Shown: positions 24,321-37,800 of the stretch, piece after piece
How positions within the stretch are numbered: position 1 is the first letter of the stretch
How the letters are laid out: each line of letters starts with the position of its first letter
Assembly: GCA_036172245.1 (NCBI GenBank)
Contig: JAYWIR010000014.1
Location: forward strand, 2,418,001 to 2,482,000
Direction: 5' to 3'
From: Raillietiella orientalis
Lineage: Eukaryota
Length of the DNA: 64,000 bases
Notes under the pieces: model-generated
Database searches by the model: none
What the model was told of the DNA's origin: nothing
What the model saw: the letters and a program-made list of their open reading frames with translations, nothing else
Made by a program: the position numbers and the translations under genes

Positions 24321-25849
24321 GGTACTTTTATTATTATTATTATCCCGGTCTGCCATTTGTTTCGCATTAGATGATACATTTTATACAAATAACCTTAACA
24401 ACTGAAATCACTGCATGCCTGTTACCGCGAGAATCATCATTTCTAAGCAAAGATGTGCACAAGCTGCTTGATCATAGGCTCTCTGCTTTCGACACTGTAG
24501 CTTTGAGCACTGCTCATAAGGCCAAAGCAATGGAATTAACAGAATCACAGAAAGATGTTCAAGGAAACACTACTGACTCTTCCTGAGATGTGCAGGATTC
24601 TCATGAAAACAGTGCATGCATGTTACATTATGTTCTCTCTTGAATTTGTTTGTGAACAGGAATGCGTTTCCTTGGAACCGATAGTCCATGAGCAATTCCA
24701 TTGCTGGCACAGTATTTGTTTGTTTGCAGTTACGCCTTTCTAATTCTCTTCTTCTAATTCGCAGTGCCTTGTAAATTTATAGACCTATAAATTTACAAAT
24801 AAATTTATGTGCTAGAAACCGGACTAGGTTCCAGTTAACGAGACGCACTTTAGGAACGACTGAGGCTGTTCAAGGGCAGAATTCTGTTGTCGTTTGTTTT
24901 CCGAGTCACATAAAGTTAGATTGCAGCTCCTCGTTTGTTATTTTCTTCTCAGAGATTCATTTTGCATCTGTGTATTTCTCTTCTTCTCGAAAGTGTGGTC
25001 GCCTGTTTATCATCTACATTTTTATTTCACGTACGCTTCCAAGTGGATTTCAAAATTTAGTTCTTCGCAGCCTCCTCATTCGTTCCATCGATTTCCACCA
25101 ATGCTCTCCAGGTTCCCATCAGATAAAAATTTTTGCGGTCATGCATCCATCATGATGAGACAACATCGGTACATCTTGAAACACTGTCGACCCGGTGTTG
25201 AGGAAGCAAACTGAGACAGATTATTCATTCACGAGCTGTTTTCGTCCGTGTACGCATCGGACTTCCTGTTGTGACAGAGCTGTTGCTCCTTAAAAGCACC
25301 TGTTTTCTCCAGTCTCGAATTTCTTCTTCCTTGAACTGTGCACAAGAACTATTCCACGTCTGTCCTACGCAAACCTGATTCAGAAGTTTCCATCCATCTG
25401 CTTTGCACTCTTATTTTCCTTCTGTTGCAGTACGAAATGCCTTTCTTCCTCTTTGTTTTCAAGAAGTTAGGTGACTTTCACATCGATGTTGATAGCCCAA
25501 ATCCTACACTTTAATTGTTTTGTATTCGATTCTTTGTGACAACTGATGAAACAGCACTCTCTCTCCTCACGTTACTGAGGTCATTAGTAACTTCCCTTGC
25601 AAGAAAGAATTGCTTTTTTTATTATCAGTACGATCAGCTGTAATCGGATTGCTTCCAGACACAAAGCAAGCCAGCCCGAAATGGCTGAGATTTATTTCAC
25701 GTTTCAAACGTTCCTCCTGACTAGGAAAAAAAAAAATCTGATTTATGCTTTAGTCTTCGGGATCCAAGCGATTTTTAGATCGCTTTTAGACACCGTGACT
25801 CCTGCTTCGAACGCATGCGAAGCTTCCTAGTCAAAACAACATCCGATGT

Positions 25850-26298
25850 GATCCCCTTCTCGTCTTGTCTCGTTTCTCTCCTGCCGGACGAGAGCATGAG
25901 CGCGTCGCTACTGAGGTTCACCCACCTGGGGAATTCATGGGTCCAGCCATCCGGTTCATCTTGAGGAAACCTTTCGGCGTCGCATGAAAAACTCAGCTCT
26001 TCGGGACGTGACGGTGGATGTGTCCACTGGCTGGCATTGCAGGAAAGTTTATCCCTTTGCATCCCATCCTCCCGAGAGGGCTTTGACTTCATCTTCGCCC
26101 GCCGCTTGGTGCAGCGCTACCCCGGAAACACCGCGCACGTGTGCTGAACAAAGTGAAACCTCGTGTTCCAGACATTTGTGCAGCTGTGGAACCCAGCTGG
26201 ACGGTTATTTTTGCTAGCATTGTTAGGTTGCTAGGGACTGGAGCAAGTGCAACAATGCATCGAGTGCATTGTTGTTGACAGAGAAGTAACCTAGCCAT
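25850..26298 (-). pseudogene. A32/FtsK-like packaging ATPase remnant, element A
   Basis: RCIVALAPVPSNLTMLAKI (decayed Walker A context), FTLFSTRARC (LF...RH-like) and RDKLSCNASQW (R..S.NA-like). Walker B was not seen. Confidence 0.4.
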
Positions 26299-27119
26299 TG
26301 TCGTTGTTGTGCGTAAGCTATTTTCGCTTGCTTAGGTGTGTACTGCTCATTTTCATGTCGCAGCAAACTTCCTCTTCCTATGACGTAACTGCAATGACTA
26401 CATTAATGGCACATGCCTCATGAATGCATTTCGTCGAATTGAATGCAAGTAGACTTGCAGCATGCTGATTGTATGTAATTGTTGAAATCGTAGCTGCCTT
26501 TCTCTTCTCACGTAACCATCCTTTTTTTTTTTTTTTTTTTTCTTTGCTCCTGGCAATTTGAAAACTGTTACTTGAAAAATGTTGCATGCACTGGACACCA
26601 GTATAGCTCCTTCATGCTTTCCATCTGCTAAAATGACAGACGACAGATCATTATCAGATAGACGTGCTCGTTCGACTTATCGGAAAACTGAGTAGACATT
26701 CTCCCAATCCACAACAGTTTGCCTTCAAGTGAATTCAACTCTTTGTGTGAAGCATTCTAAAGCTCGAATTCTTGAGCAAACGTTGAAAAACATCCACTTG
26801 CACTTCATTTCGACGAAGACGAATCTTCGGCCTCGGTTAAAGGCTTAGCGTTGTGTCCAAGTGGTCCGCCATCGAAAATTTCCTCCCTTTCCTTTCAGTT
26901 GCTGTCGCAGTTGCACTTATCCTTCGATTACTTAAGGCCTTTAATCTCTCAATGGCGCATTTTCATTCAAAATGGCAGGACTTTCGTTCCCTTCTGACTT
27001 CTTTGTCGATTTTCGGCTCTTAAAATTCCCGTTATTAGGTGATTATTCATTCCCGTGCTCATTTCTGTTGTTTAATTGTGTTTCATCTCCAAACAAATTC
27101 ATTTTTCTTTTTCGTTTTC

Positions 27120-27480
27120 TATCGCATGCAGTGGTTGCTTCTGCAGAATTCCTTTTTCTAAAACCACTCCGCGAACACTCTGTGGTCGCGCCACAGGATT
27201 GAAATGCAACAGTTGGAAAGGGAGATTCGTGGGTCTCATGACTGTACTCTACAGTACACTGTAGTTCCTTTCCATGTTCCCACGATGGTCTTCCATTCGA
27301 ATGGGCAGCTTCTGGGATGCAGAAGGGAGTCTGCACGTCCGCCCAACCGAATACCGCATGATTTCGTTTGTTTTCGTTTTTCAGCAGAATTTTAACTGCT
27401 CTCAGCGGACCATTTCGAACCCCAAGGAAGGGTCTGTCGCTTGAAAACTTCCCTTACGCATATTTACCATTTTCAATGAC
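27120..27480 (+). pseudogene. Adenain-like protease remnant, element A
   Basis: SVVAPQD, RGSHDCTL (G.HW-like), MVFHSNG (FDSxG-like) and a later VC, in the expected order. Confidence 0.45.
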
Positions 27481-27749
27481 AGTTTATGAAGATGAAACTC
27501 CTTTGAAGTCACTCTGTTTCGTATTATAAAACCAGGACGTGCCATCCATCACCGGGAGCGTCACCACGATACTTCTTACCTAAACCGGGAAACGGGGGGA
27601 AACATATTTCATCAGCAAAAATTAATGGATTTTATTTTTATGCCCGCATGGAGCCAGAAGATGCTGCCGACTGAAAAGATTTGTTTTATATGTAGTAGCA
27701 TCGGGAAAATGAAACTATGCTGATGTTATAGGATGAAGGATGGCATCAG

Positions 27750-28650
27750 ACATTTCCGTTAAGTTTGAAAAATTGCCTTAAGCAATCAAGTTCGTCTCTG
27801 ACTAAGCACTGCTGTTTAAAGTATACCGTTGTTTCTTATAGTGCAGCTCAATGACACCAACAACTAGAGTTCAAAAGATCCTACAAAGTTTCATCTGCTA
27901 GCGGCACTTCACCTTTTAGAATACAGCTGTTTGGAGTTTTTTATCAGACTTCATAATGTGCATCAAAGTAGCATAATTTTGAATGCAGTAGTAAACGATG
28001 AATGCCCAAAGTGTGATGACCCACGAACACAAGAATGAGAGAATAGGAGGCATTTTGTCAATCACTGAAGCACTGTTAAGAGTCTTCCTTTGTATCCGAA
28101 CTAATGGACGATAATTTTCAGCATAGCAACGAATCCTGCCGGCTTTTCTTTTCTTTTTTTTTTTTGGCTTGTTGGTGTGTTCTCAAGTCATTTCCGCGTT
28201 TCGGTAGCCTTTCTCTTGCATCGTCCCTACGATTTGAAAGTTCCACCCCACGAACCAGAATCCCTCCGCCAAAGCCTCTCAGAATGCGTATTTACGTACT
28301 TTGAAGCCGATTTGAAGCCATGGCTTATGCAAAAACTAGCGGTTTCCACTGAGGCTCTTCGTTTCGATTGGACCGCTCGTATAATTCTAAATGCTGGAAG
28401 ACACACTGAAGGATAGCAACGACTGCATCCTGTATCACCAGAGAGTCCGGAAGCGTTTCTTAATAAATGATACATTTCCAGATTCACTGAGGAAATGTAG
28501 GAAATTCCGAATAACAGAGCTCTGTTAGAAAGTACTAGATATCAAAATATTCAAGAGAACTCAATCTTCCTCAGCTAGCTCATACTAGAAAGACACAAGT
28601 CCAAGGATACCCGAAAACAGTTGAGTACTTTTTTCTCTGCAGTGTTTTAC
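27750..28650 (+). pseudogene. rve integrase remnant, element A
   Basis: FLSDFI, IRTNGR*F (TDxGxEF-like, ~28095-28118), ESLRQSLSECVFTYFEADLKPWL (ER..RTLK...YF...W-like) and RFTEEM*EI. Confidence 0.55.
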
Positions 28651-28904
28651 TTCTGTCGGAGCTATCGAATTATAAGTATGCGACTTCATAGTGAAAGCTG
28701 TAGATAGTAGAACGCACTACAGTAGAAATGAGGAAATAGAGTTCCCTGATTTCTCCGATTTGCGTACGAAGACAGGGCAGGATTTTTAAGGGAAAGAGTA
28801 TTTTTGCCGATAGTAGAACTCCTGCGACACTGAACACCAAAGCCAATGTCATGGCAGCTTAATTTAGGGTTTTCGAGTTTCCCGTTCCAGAGAGTAATCC
28901 CGAA

Positions 28905-29525
28905 TTTCATAGTTTCGTTATCGCGTCACACAACGCACCACCACCCAAACCACATCAAGATGCTCATCATTCCCTTGCGGAAACACCAACTGATCCTCAG
29001 CCCGGCACGCCTGCAGATTTCAGCAGCACCGACGTTTTTGGCTTACTCTTAAAACGGTACGGCTTATCGGAAAGCACAGATTCTCTTGTTGAGAGTGGCA
29101 GAGGCTTTCTTCTCGTCAAGCCTCCGTTAATGGTGCCCGAGAGTTCCCAAGTGGTACACGGCCGCCTGCATCAGTTCGGTATGCACGCCAAACAGGAGTT
29201 ACTGATGTTACTCTCTGATGTTCCTCTCTGTGACTGACACTGAAACAAAGCATCACTACTTTAAGCAGTGAACAACCTCAGGACTCTGATTTTCGAAAGT
29301 TTTTCGCTCGATTCGAATACATTCCCCCGCCGGGATCTTCAGTTTTCACACGGATCCCAGGATGGGAGCACTTTCATCACTGAAATCATCCGAAGATTTC
29401 ATTTTCCTCGCGGGAATCATCGGGTAACATTTGATGTGGCGAAAGGGAACAAAGAGATTCAGATTCTCATTTTTGCTGCTGCTGTTGTTGTTTCCAGCAA
29501 GATGGACGAGTTACATATGTTTTAG
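28905..29525 (+). pseudogene. Minor capsid (penton-like) remnant, element A
   Basis: FVIASHN..PHQDAHH..ETP / LILSP at the N-terminus, SQDGSTFITEIIRRF (Q.VG....LLR-like), and EIQILI..ELHMF at the C-terminus. Confidence 0.4.
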
Positions 29526-29789
29526 CGTACATTTATGACATTACGGAAAGAAACATGAGCACAACTCGGACAGATAGACATATAGAAGACAGATAACTTT
29601 TAAAGTTTTAAAGTGAAGCGAAGGCTTCAGATGTACGCAAACTTGGATGGATTGGCTTCCAAAGACTTGAGAGAGAGGACAATGAACATCTTTTTTTTGG
29701 GGGGGGGGGAGGGGGGGGGATTTTTCAACCCAATATATCAAAGACAGGCTTTCATTATTTTAGAGTCGTTTCATTAGTGCTTCGATCCT

Positions 29790-30823
29790 TTGATCTTATC
29801 TTTCGATCATCTCAGCAATTCTTGCAAATCTGAGTAATTATGCTTTATTATTGCAAAACGGTCAAGCTGAGATCATTCATACCAGTCATTTTCTTTACGA
29901 GATGCCCCCGCCTTCCATTCTCTTTAGTAGTAAAGAATTCCAACTAATTTGCACACAAAAACTGAATTCATTGATCTTTTATTTATATTTCACTTCTTTC
30001 ACTTTCCACCTCCCTCCCTCTTTATGCACAAAGACTCGGGTGTCTCGTTTTTGTGTGTGTTTTTTTTTTGCTCGATAGCTTTCATTCTCTTGCTTCTGAA
30101 TGTAGATGAAGGCACTGCCAGGAGATGCGCAGATTTATTTGGGTCAGATAGCTTCTCTGTTTTCTTTCAGGTATCCCGGCTGAATAGGTAAATACTCCGA
30201 TTGACGTATGAGCACACCGCGGATATTTGCAGGAATGACGTTTGCTCTCCTCAGCACAAATCACCTACCATGCATCTTGGTGGTCGGTGGTGAGAAAGAT
30301 GATGAAACGAGATAAAACAGCACGCTACGAAAACTTCATCCGGCGGCAGCAACGCGTGTTGTCCGACATGAGTGATCTCATGGACCTTTAAGTAATTCTG
30401 TTTTCACTCATGAAAACTGCAAGCGTGCGGCATGCACGCGTGTGGATACTTGAAAATAGTAATAATAATAATAATAAACACGTGGATACATCGTGGTAGC
30501 TTTATAGGCAGTCTGTTGTTTGCGCTGTCGAAGACGGACAGCATGGCGATCCAAGAAACGTGGTGCTGGCTTCAACTATTTTTTGCGTGCGCCTGCTATT
30601 CATCTGACAAAGACAAGCACGAAAGTTGTGCTTGCATTCATCCTGGGCGTACATTTTTGGATTTGATGGAATTATCTTACAAAAGCAGCCTGTTTATATA
30701 GAGGATGCATGGACTTTCCCCGGTGCAAACCTAATCACGAATTTTAACGAGCCTCTGCCTCTGCGTTGCCTCTGCTCACGCTGTGATGCGATCTCTGCTG
30801 CAGGAAAAATCAAGCCTAATTAA
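29790..30823 (+). pseudogene. Major capsid (hexon-like) remnant 1, element A
   Basis: NLSNYALLL..SILFSSKEFQL, CADLFGSDSF..ILRLT, RKLHP..VRHE, IHRGSFIGSLLFAL and GANLITNFNEPLP follow MCP motif order. Confidence 0.5.
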
Positions 30824-30899
30824 AGCAAAATCAAACCGACACTCACCTAGCAGGTTGTCGCACCGTTCCCGGGGAGCGGAAAGTCTCCCACATTTTGAA

Positions 30900-32100
30900 A
30901 ACAGATTGAAGAAGGATTCCGCTGTGGGGAGTTTCCGATTTGAACTGCAATCCTCCTCCACCTGCCGTTCTACCGCTAGTGGCTTTGAAGCTGAGGACTT
31001 AATTCGCAATACCGTTCACCTGGGATTAACGTGTGAGTCGTCGGAAAAAACAAAGTCAGCCAGCCGTCTTCATGGAACGAAATGGAGTGTCAACATGATG
31101 AGACTTTGAAACGGAAGTGTCAATGTCACGCCATGCAAGAAGACCAAATCCTAACTTTGAAGCCTCTTCATGTTCATGAAACCGTGACAGAGAGATCCTA
31201 AAAAATTGGATCTCACGCACTGTACATAAAGGATCATCGCAGAAAGAGAGACACTGAAGCTCAACTGAACTTCAGCGTCTCTTTTTCTCAACTGATTGAC
31301 ACCGATCTGTTTTTGTCTTCTGTTCCAAGGCTACCGATCGACTTGCATTACTATTCCTTAGCTTTCAATTCACAAAATTGTGGTTGATAATCCAACACAA
31401 GAAATGAGAATGCTTTATTGCAGACAGCAACGGATATAAGACCTTCTTTCTGAAGCTACTGCTCAAAGTACGCCTTAGGAAGAAAGGACAGAGAGTCTTT
31501 TTTCATAAATATAATAATAATAAAAAAAAAAGCGGAGTATAAAACCGAATTTCTGAATGAAGACTATATGACTTCCTAACTTCTTGCTCACTTGGCAGTT
31601 ACAGCTGAACGGAGCGTACTGTACACGTGATAAGAAGGCACTTTTCATACATTTGTAGTTACGTAAGCTTGTCTTCTGGAGTGAGGTCATAGCACACAAC
31701 TTTGCACAGGCGAAAGCAGCGAGAAGATTCCGCGATGGTTGAACGCAGCAGCCACCGTGGCCGCAGAGAAGGCAGAGCTCAGCACGTGGGACAGCGGGCA
31801 GTTTCCTCACGGGCCTCTTTCGATTGTGTTCAGATTGCCCATCTTTGGCCTCCATCCGCGCACGCATCTCACTCCACTTGCAAGTTGCTTCCGAATCAGG
31901 GATATTCCTTCCAGCCTCTTGCCTTGATCCTGTTTCTTCCAGGTTTACCGTGCCAGACCGCGGTTCTGCGGAGCGCGGCTCGTGTCGCTGGCATCACACC
32001 TTCCGTTTTTCCGTTCTTCATCTTTCATGTGGTACCAGAGGTATAAAATTTCACACCTAAAATTTTCCAAATGCTATACGGCAGCCAAACATACCAAAGT
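30900..32100 (+). pseudogene. Possible major capsid remnant 2, element A
   Basis: GSFRFELQ, NQGYSFQPL and GITPSVFPFFIFHVVP are weak matches. Confidence 0.3.
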
Positions 32101-32157
32101 GGACGAATTGCCACTCGACTACGGGGATGTCCACATCTTTTTTTGCGCTTCGCTCTT

Positions 32158-32189
<32 letters not shown>

Positions 32190-33011
32190 AACAGATAAGA
32201 AACAAGGTTTGGCTTTGAAGACACTGCTCATGGATAGTATGCAAGATAAATCCAAAATCCATTTCATCTTCTAGTTGCTGATTTGAAGTGGGATTACTGG
32301 CATCAGTGAGGAGGGATCAAATGAAGCTGGGAAACCAACTGACAACCGTGAACTTGTGAAAAGGCGAGAGGCCGGGTGCTACTCGTAAAACATTCCCGCT
32401 GGTAGATATTGCGGCAGTCTTGTCGGCTGTTGATGAAAGACCATTAGTAAGGGAGTCACAGATGTCAAAACAGGAACACAAAAGGAAATGAAAACCCAAA
32501 ATGAGGTCTCGTGCTTGTGCTTCACTTGTAAGGCGAGCGAAACAACTAACGAGCTGGCATAGTGAATGTAAATACTGATTGGATTTGATGCAAAACACCG
32601 CTATATGAATTTGCTTCTTGAAATGTTCTTCTTAAACATGAGATGTACAAAATATATTTGTGTACTAAGGTTTTCATCATCCACTCACTCGTATGTGATT
32701 AAATAAATGCACGCACTGATACCTGATTTGCAATCTTAAAAGTGCCTTCTAACGGATCAACGTAAACGTTTGTTTTTTTGCTTGTGCTTTTAGCCAAACA
32801 CTCGTGATAAGATTCATTAAAGTTTTACCTTTCCCACATGCTAATAAAACCAACTCCTGAACAAAGGTAATTTTTGCATAATACTTAATTTGGAACTTGT
32901 TTACCCAGAATGGGTAGCTTATGGGAACTTTGAAATTATTCCACCTCTGCAAACATTCACCAAATTTGAATGTGTTGAATAAATACAAATTTTGATGCTT
33001 TCTATCGGCAT

Positions 33012-33017
33012 TTTATT
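33012..33017 (-). terminator. Candidate polyadenylation signal of the cyclin Q gene
   Basis: AATAAA on minus ~130 nt after the stop. Confidence 0.5.
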
Positions 33018-33148
33018 CTTTCATATTATAAAGCTGTACCGAAATTAATTACACATTTGTCTGATTTACACTGTACTATGCATTTTAATGAGCATACAAT
33101 CTTTACAACTGAGAAAGTTGAGACCATAAATGGAAAGATCTCGTGAAT

Positions 33149-34809
33149 TTATGTTACTGACTGATGTGATGATAAGACAGCTTCTTGTTCATAGATGGAA
33201 AAAATTTTATCCACAATTTCCAATAAAATCTCCTTCTTGGCATCTGGACAAATTGCTTCATGCCAACTCAGCAATGCAACATCATCAAAAGGTACCTAGC
33301 AATACAGCATAAGTAACTACAAATACTTATTTTTGTCTTACCTGTATACCAAAAATGAGCAGAGTTAAATATATGACAGCCAGAGCAATGTGTTGAGGTT
33401 TATAGTCAAGAAAAAAAGGATCATGATGAATGTCCTGTAATAACTTCCAAGATGTGCTCACAATAGGTGCTTTTTGCCAAATTTCTGGGTCCATCCAGCA
33501 ATCCAATGACTTCATGTAATGCAACAGATACTAGAATTCTGCAATGTATTTGAATGATTTGTTTCATTCCAACCTGATGAGGATGTATCTGCTTGACTTT
33601 ATATTGCAACATACGCATAAGTAATAGTTCTGTCTTCACAACTGATTCCTTGAAACTGTTGTGTCTCTTCATGTCTAGAGGTTCTTCATTTGGGTGAAGT
33701 GTATGATAGGCCACATTTATTACATCTCTCACCTTTAAAATTCGGTCCTCAATCTTATGAAAAACAAACAGTTTTATGAGCAGTACAGAACACTCTTTTG
33801 ATAATGAGTGCATTACAGATCAATATAAATTCCTATGAACATAACACTCAATTAAAATCTCATTTGACATTTCCAGGTTTGATCCTTTTATTGCATTAAA
33901 GAATGAAAATGAAAACATTAATCAAACCACATCAAGCACAGATGAATTTGCTATGGAAAAATTTTCAGTGAATAAATGTTGCTAAACATCTACCAGTTAG
34001 TTTAAGTCCATTACGTTCGTCCATGTTTCAACGTTTTTCCACTTAGTCAAAAGTGGATTAAGCCACCTAAACTATACATGTAACTAAAATACTGTACTTA
34101 ATGATGACTTAAAAACTAGTGAAGCATGATGTTTTGTTATTTGACAAAATTCATTTATTTTTGTTTCTCGATTGGAAGAAACAGAAAAGGTTTAACTTAT
34201 TATGCAATTCATAGTTTCAAGTATACGGTTCTTTATATCGCACAGATGCATAACTCGTGCGCGTAAAAAAAAAAACACGCTTATTACTATAATAGTAGTT
34301 TGATTTATAAACAGTATGGTTTAGGGAGTTGGGAATGGGGGGCAAATAGGAAAACATTGCATTAACAAAAAGCTTTGGAAGAAATATATCCTATTTGCGA
34401 ATACTTAGTAAATGAGATTTACGGCTAGCACTGCATTTTACAGAAACCATGCACTAAAACAAAATATGTATTCTGAAATATTTACTTCCAAGAAATGTTT
34501 GTACAATTTTGTGCTAAGTACATGACAAAATTACTATACTTTGCCAGCCAAATTCAAAGCAGTTACTCCAATAAGGTAGATATCATAATCCTCTATTTTG
34601 GCTTCTCGGAAAAATTCGTGAAAAAGTCTTGTAGCTGTAGCTACGATTGTAGGATGAGCTTTCAGCTTGATTCCACACACAATTATAAAGTTAGCACCGT
34701 GGAACAATGACTTATGATGCAAATAATCCATTTGAAACGTATGAGACTTGGGTTTGACATTGTTCGATTGAAAATGCGTGAAATTTCTCGTTTCTGTTGC
34801 GTCTGCCAT
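33149..34809 (-). CDS. CCNQ: Cyclin Q / FAM58-like cyclin; exons 34809-34540, 33753-33574, 33530-33342, 33295-33149 (261 aa)
   Basis: FIIVCGIKL..VATATRLFHEFF..YDIYLI..LAGK | IEDRILKVRDVINV..ELLLMRML..HPHQ | YLLHY..SWKLLQD..QHIALAVIYL..FGIQ | VP..SWHE..IFSIYE matches cyclin Q along its full length. All three introns are GT-AG and phase 0, and the frame is open to TAA at 33151-33149. Confidence 0.93.
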
Positions 34810-34905
34810 CTCACTTCGTTGTCTCGAATGTGATCTTTTTCATCTAAGCGTGCACTTTTGCCAACCAATGGCCTCCACTGCAACTACTAGCACCGACATT
34901 TAGTT

Positions 34906-34917
34906 AGTGTTGCCAGA
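34906..34917 (-). promoter_or_regulatory. TGGCAACACT promoter-type motif
   Basis: TCTGGCAACACT lies ~100 nt upstream of the cyclin ATG. I recall this motif as common at invertebrate housekeeping promoters. Confidence 0.4.
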
Positions 34918-36133
34918 TGCACCATTCTAGATTTTTCTTTTTCTGCATTACCGAATAAAGATTCATCAACACAAGCTCTTCCAGGTGTTCGTCTTAGAAT
35001 AACAGCCATTTCTGTCGGAAAACCATGTATTTTTTCGGAACCTACTGTGTCAAGTATAGTAGACTAGATGCTCTCATAGCCTGGAGCACAAATCCGTGCA
35101 TGAGCTGATACACAACCATATATGTTCAATAATGAATATTTGCGTTTGCATACGAATATTAATATTTGTATCGTTGTAGACCGATGAAACTATGGGGGCT
35201 ACGAATCCCTAATATGTATCCATAACCACTAAAATTACTCACAGTTTATTGTGAGACCTATTGGAAATTCGATGTCTGCATGATCAACTTCGTGAATACA
35301 TAAGTGCGTCTGTATATACATATGTATCTATAGACGGATGTATAAATGCATAATGCATATTGAGTTTTCATGAATAAATTTGAAATTTCACGTACTGCAT
35401 CATTCCAAATCAAGAATGTTTTAAGTTTTATTCCATACTTTCCATAAATTTTGCATCTGAAGGCTTATCACTTTTTGATATTTATTTACTGACGTATATC
35501 CTTCCTTTTTTAATTTTGAGAACATTAAATAATATGAATATATTACAAATACAAGATCTTTACAAATTCATGCAGTTTGCAATAATTCATTTTGAACAGG
35601 AAAAGAAGAGCAAACATCATACATATGGCATTCATTAAGCAAATACAAGTGTACTTTTAAACATTATCCGAGGTATTTTCCCAAATAATCCTCCTCGTGA
35701 AATTCTTTTTTAAATAATAAAATTTATTTAAACTAATGTCGGAAATTATGAGACCAGAGTCAAATTTCAAAATAGTTCTTAAAAAAATCAAATTTCAGAA
35801 TAATTGATAACGGTGCTGTAGAGTCAAGCAATTGGAATGATGCCGAAAAAGATTATTTTTTGGAGTCTGGCTTCAAAGTGAGGATTATGGAGGAAGAATC
35901 AGATCAAAATGCTGCAGCTATTCCATTTCAGAAAGCTCAGCATTGCGTATCATGAAAGAAAAAGTAAATAGGCAAGAAGGGATTGTAACTCGTGCTTGCT
36001 GAGTTGGAAACACTAAAAACACTGGATTCTTCAAACATAAATTAAAAGTTCCATAAGCATAATGAGATTGTTAGCAATGGATGGTGATTAGAAAGGAAGA
36101 ATAAATCTCGAGATTCGTGTGCATCCATCATTT

Positions 36134-37800
36134 TCACAACCAGATCCATTCATAACCTATTCGCAAGCAGAGTATGTTGCGATCCAAGTTTTTGAATGAT
36201 GCATCTTGCGAACTGATAAGAAATGACGTGAAAAGCAGTTCGAACGAAATTGACTCCGTGCAAAGAAATAAATCAAAGATCAAAAAGGTCGCAATCCAAG
36301 CGCAACTGTTTGGATGATGGTGGATATGAATGATTCTTATTTTCCCAAAGAATGGTTTCAAAAGCGATCCAAATCCATTGAGGAAGGAATTTTTCCTTCC
36401 AGAGCGTGTCACTTCCATCTCTTGATTACCTTGCAGGAAATGCTTTCACAGATGGTTCAACTCTGGGCTTACTTCGGAAGGAATAAACTTTTGATGAACC
36501 GAAGCTGCTGGTCTGTGGTCATAAATCCTCCTCCGAAAATGGAATCTTTCGACAGTCCGTCTCCAAAGTTGGATGGATGGCACCCAGTTCGGCTGGCATT
36601 TGCTGGACGAGCACCGACTTTTGTTCTTTGGAGCGTGAAAAGACAAACGAAAGGACCCTCTGAGGTTTCAGATGGACATCCACCCGTACTGCTCCATCAA
36701 GTACATAGGATAGCGAAGTTCCTGGAAACTCTGCATCCAAAATAGGTAAGAACGACGGATCTCCAAGTACATGGTGTTGGGTTTCATCAGAAATGGGACT
36801 GCCTGATGAAAAGAAAAACGGAGAAAGGGTGGGGGGGGGGGGAGGATGAGGTGGTGGAGAAAACTCCGGGAAGAGAATCGACACTCATTTTCGGTGGTCC
36901 CTCCAAACAAGTCTTCCTTCTGGAGCTCTCGAAAGTTCGTTCTCTGAGATCTGTTTTTCCCTCACCGGAAGTTCGGGTGAAGACCGCGGCGAGTCCTCCT
37001 AAACGGCTGGATCTTCCGTCGTGGTCGCGAATCCACTGGGGAGACGAAGACGACCTCTAGGCGACTTGTGAAGGTGGAGCGGATCTGCACTCTCAAACGG
37101 ACATCATCTTCCTGCTCCTTGGTTCGCTCTTCCCAAGAAAGCGAAGCAGCCTCTCCCTCATAGGAATGGAGCGGGAAGCGTCTTCGATTAGAGAATGATT
37201 TTGGCCTGCGAGACGTCGATGGATCCCGGAAAGTCCTTCATCGATCCTGAAGCTACCTTCTGGGGACGCTGCCTCCCTTCTCCCGCGCATCTGCCGCCCC
37301 CGGTCCAGCTGCCTCGCGTCCCGCAGGTGCCACGTCGCGGATGCAAAGTTCACGACGTCAGGATGAGGCTGGCGCAGGGAAAGGTTGCTCATGACGAGCT
37401 GAGCCCAGGAGGGGAACCTCCCCCCTCCCCTAGTGACCGTCGGCTAAGGGCGTTTCCCTCTCTCAGCACCGGTGGAGTCGCAGGTGGCTCTGCCTTCAGC
37501 CCCGCTATCGCGGCGCCGAGGCGACGGGCAGCGCGGACGGCGGGTGGTGCCTGCCGCTTGGGGAAAAGCAGCCTTTCGTCCAGTACCCCAAAAGGCTGTC
37601 TCCCCCCCTTCATCCTCGAGATTATCGCGCCGCTCGCAGCGACTCCTCCGGCGGCGGCGGCACCCTCCTCCCGCGCCTCCTTCCTTCGGTTCTCCGCCGT
37701 TTCACGCGGGAGAGTCCGTCTCACGGGCGAGCAGAACGGTGTGCCGGCACCGGAAGTGCTGCACGTCGAAGAATGGTCGCAGCGGTAACTTTGTCTTCCA
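36134..37800 (-). pseudogene. Major capsid-like remnant, element D
   Basis: KLPLRPFFDV..TVLLAR, SNLSLRQP, KPQRVLSFVF and TFLIFDLFLCTESISFELLF occur in MCP-like order. Confidence 0.3.

Larger units (their letters stand above)
22330..32100. mobile_element. Decayed Polinton/Maverick (adintovirus-like) element A
   Basis: Colinear remnants: pPolB(-), ATPase(-), protease(+), integrase(+), minor capsid(+), MCP(+) x2. TIRs were not identified. Confidence 0.7.

Noticed and set aside
28905..29400. VIASHNAPP..ADFS read as an APE endonuclease
   Set aside because: The penton-like reading explains more segments and fits the position between integrase and MCP. Residual uncertainty remains.
30480..31100. 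IHRGSFIGSLLFAL / HLGLT read as CR1/L2 RT (QGS.LGP.LF, YLG)
   Set aside because: No ADD motif, and flanking segments fit MCP order better. Not fully excluded without a search.
37760..37795. RPFFDV as a primase-polymerase motif
   Set aside because: The second Asp and the His motif are absent.
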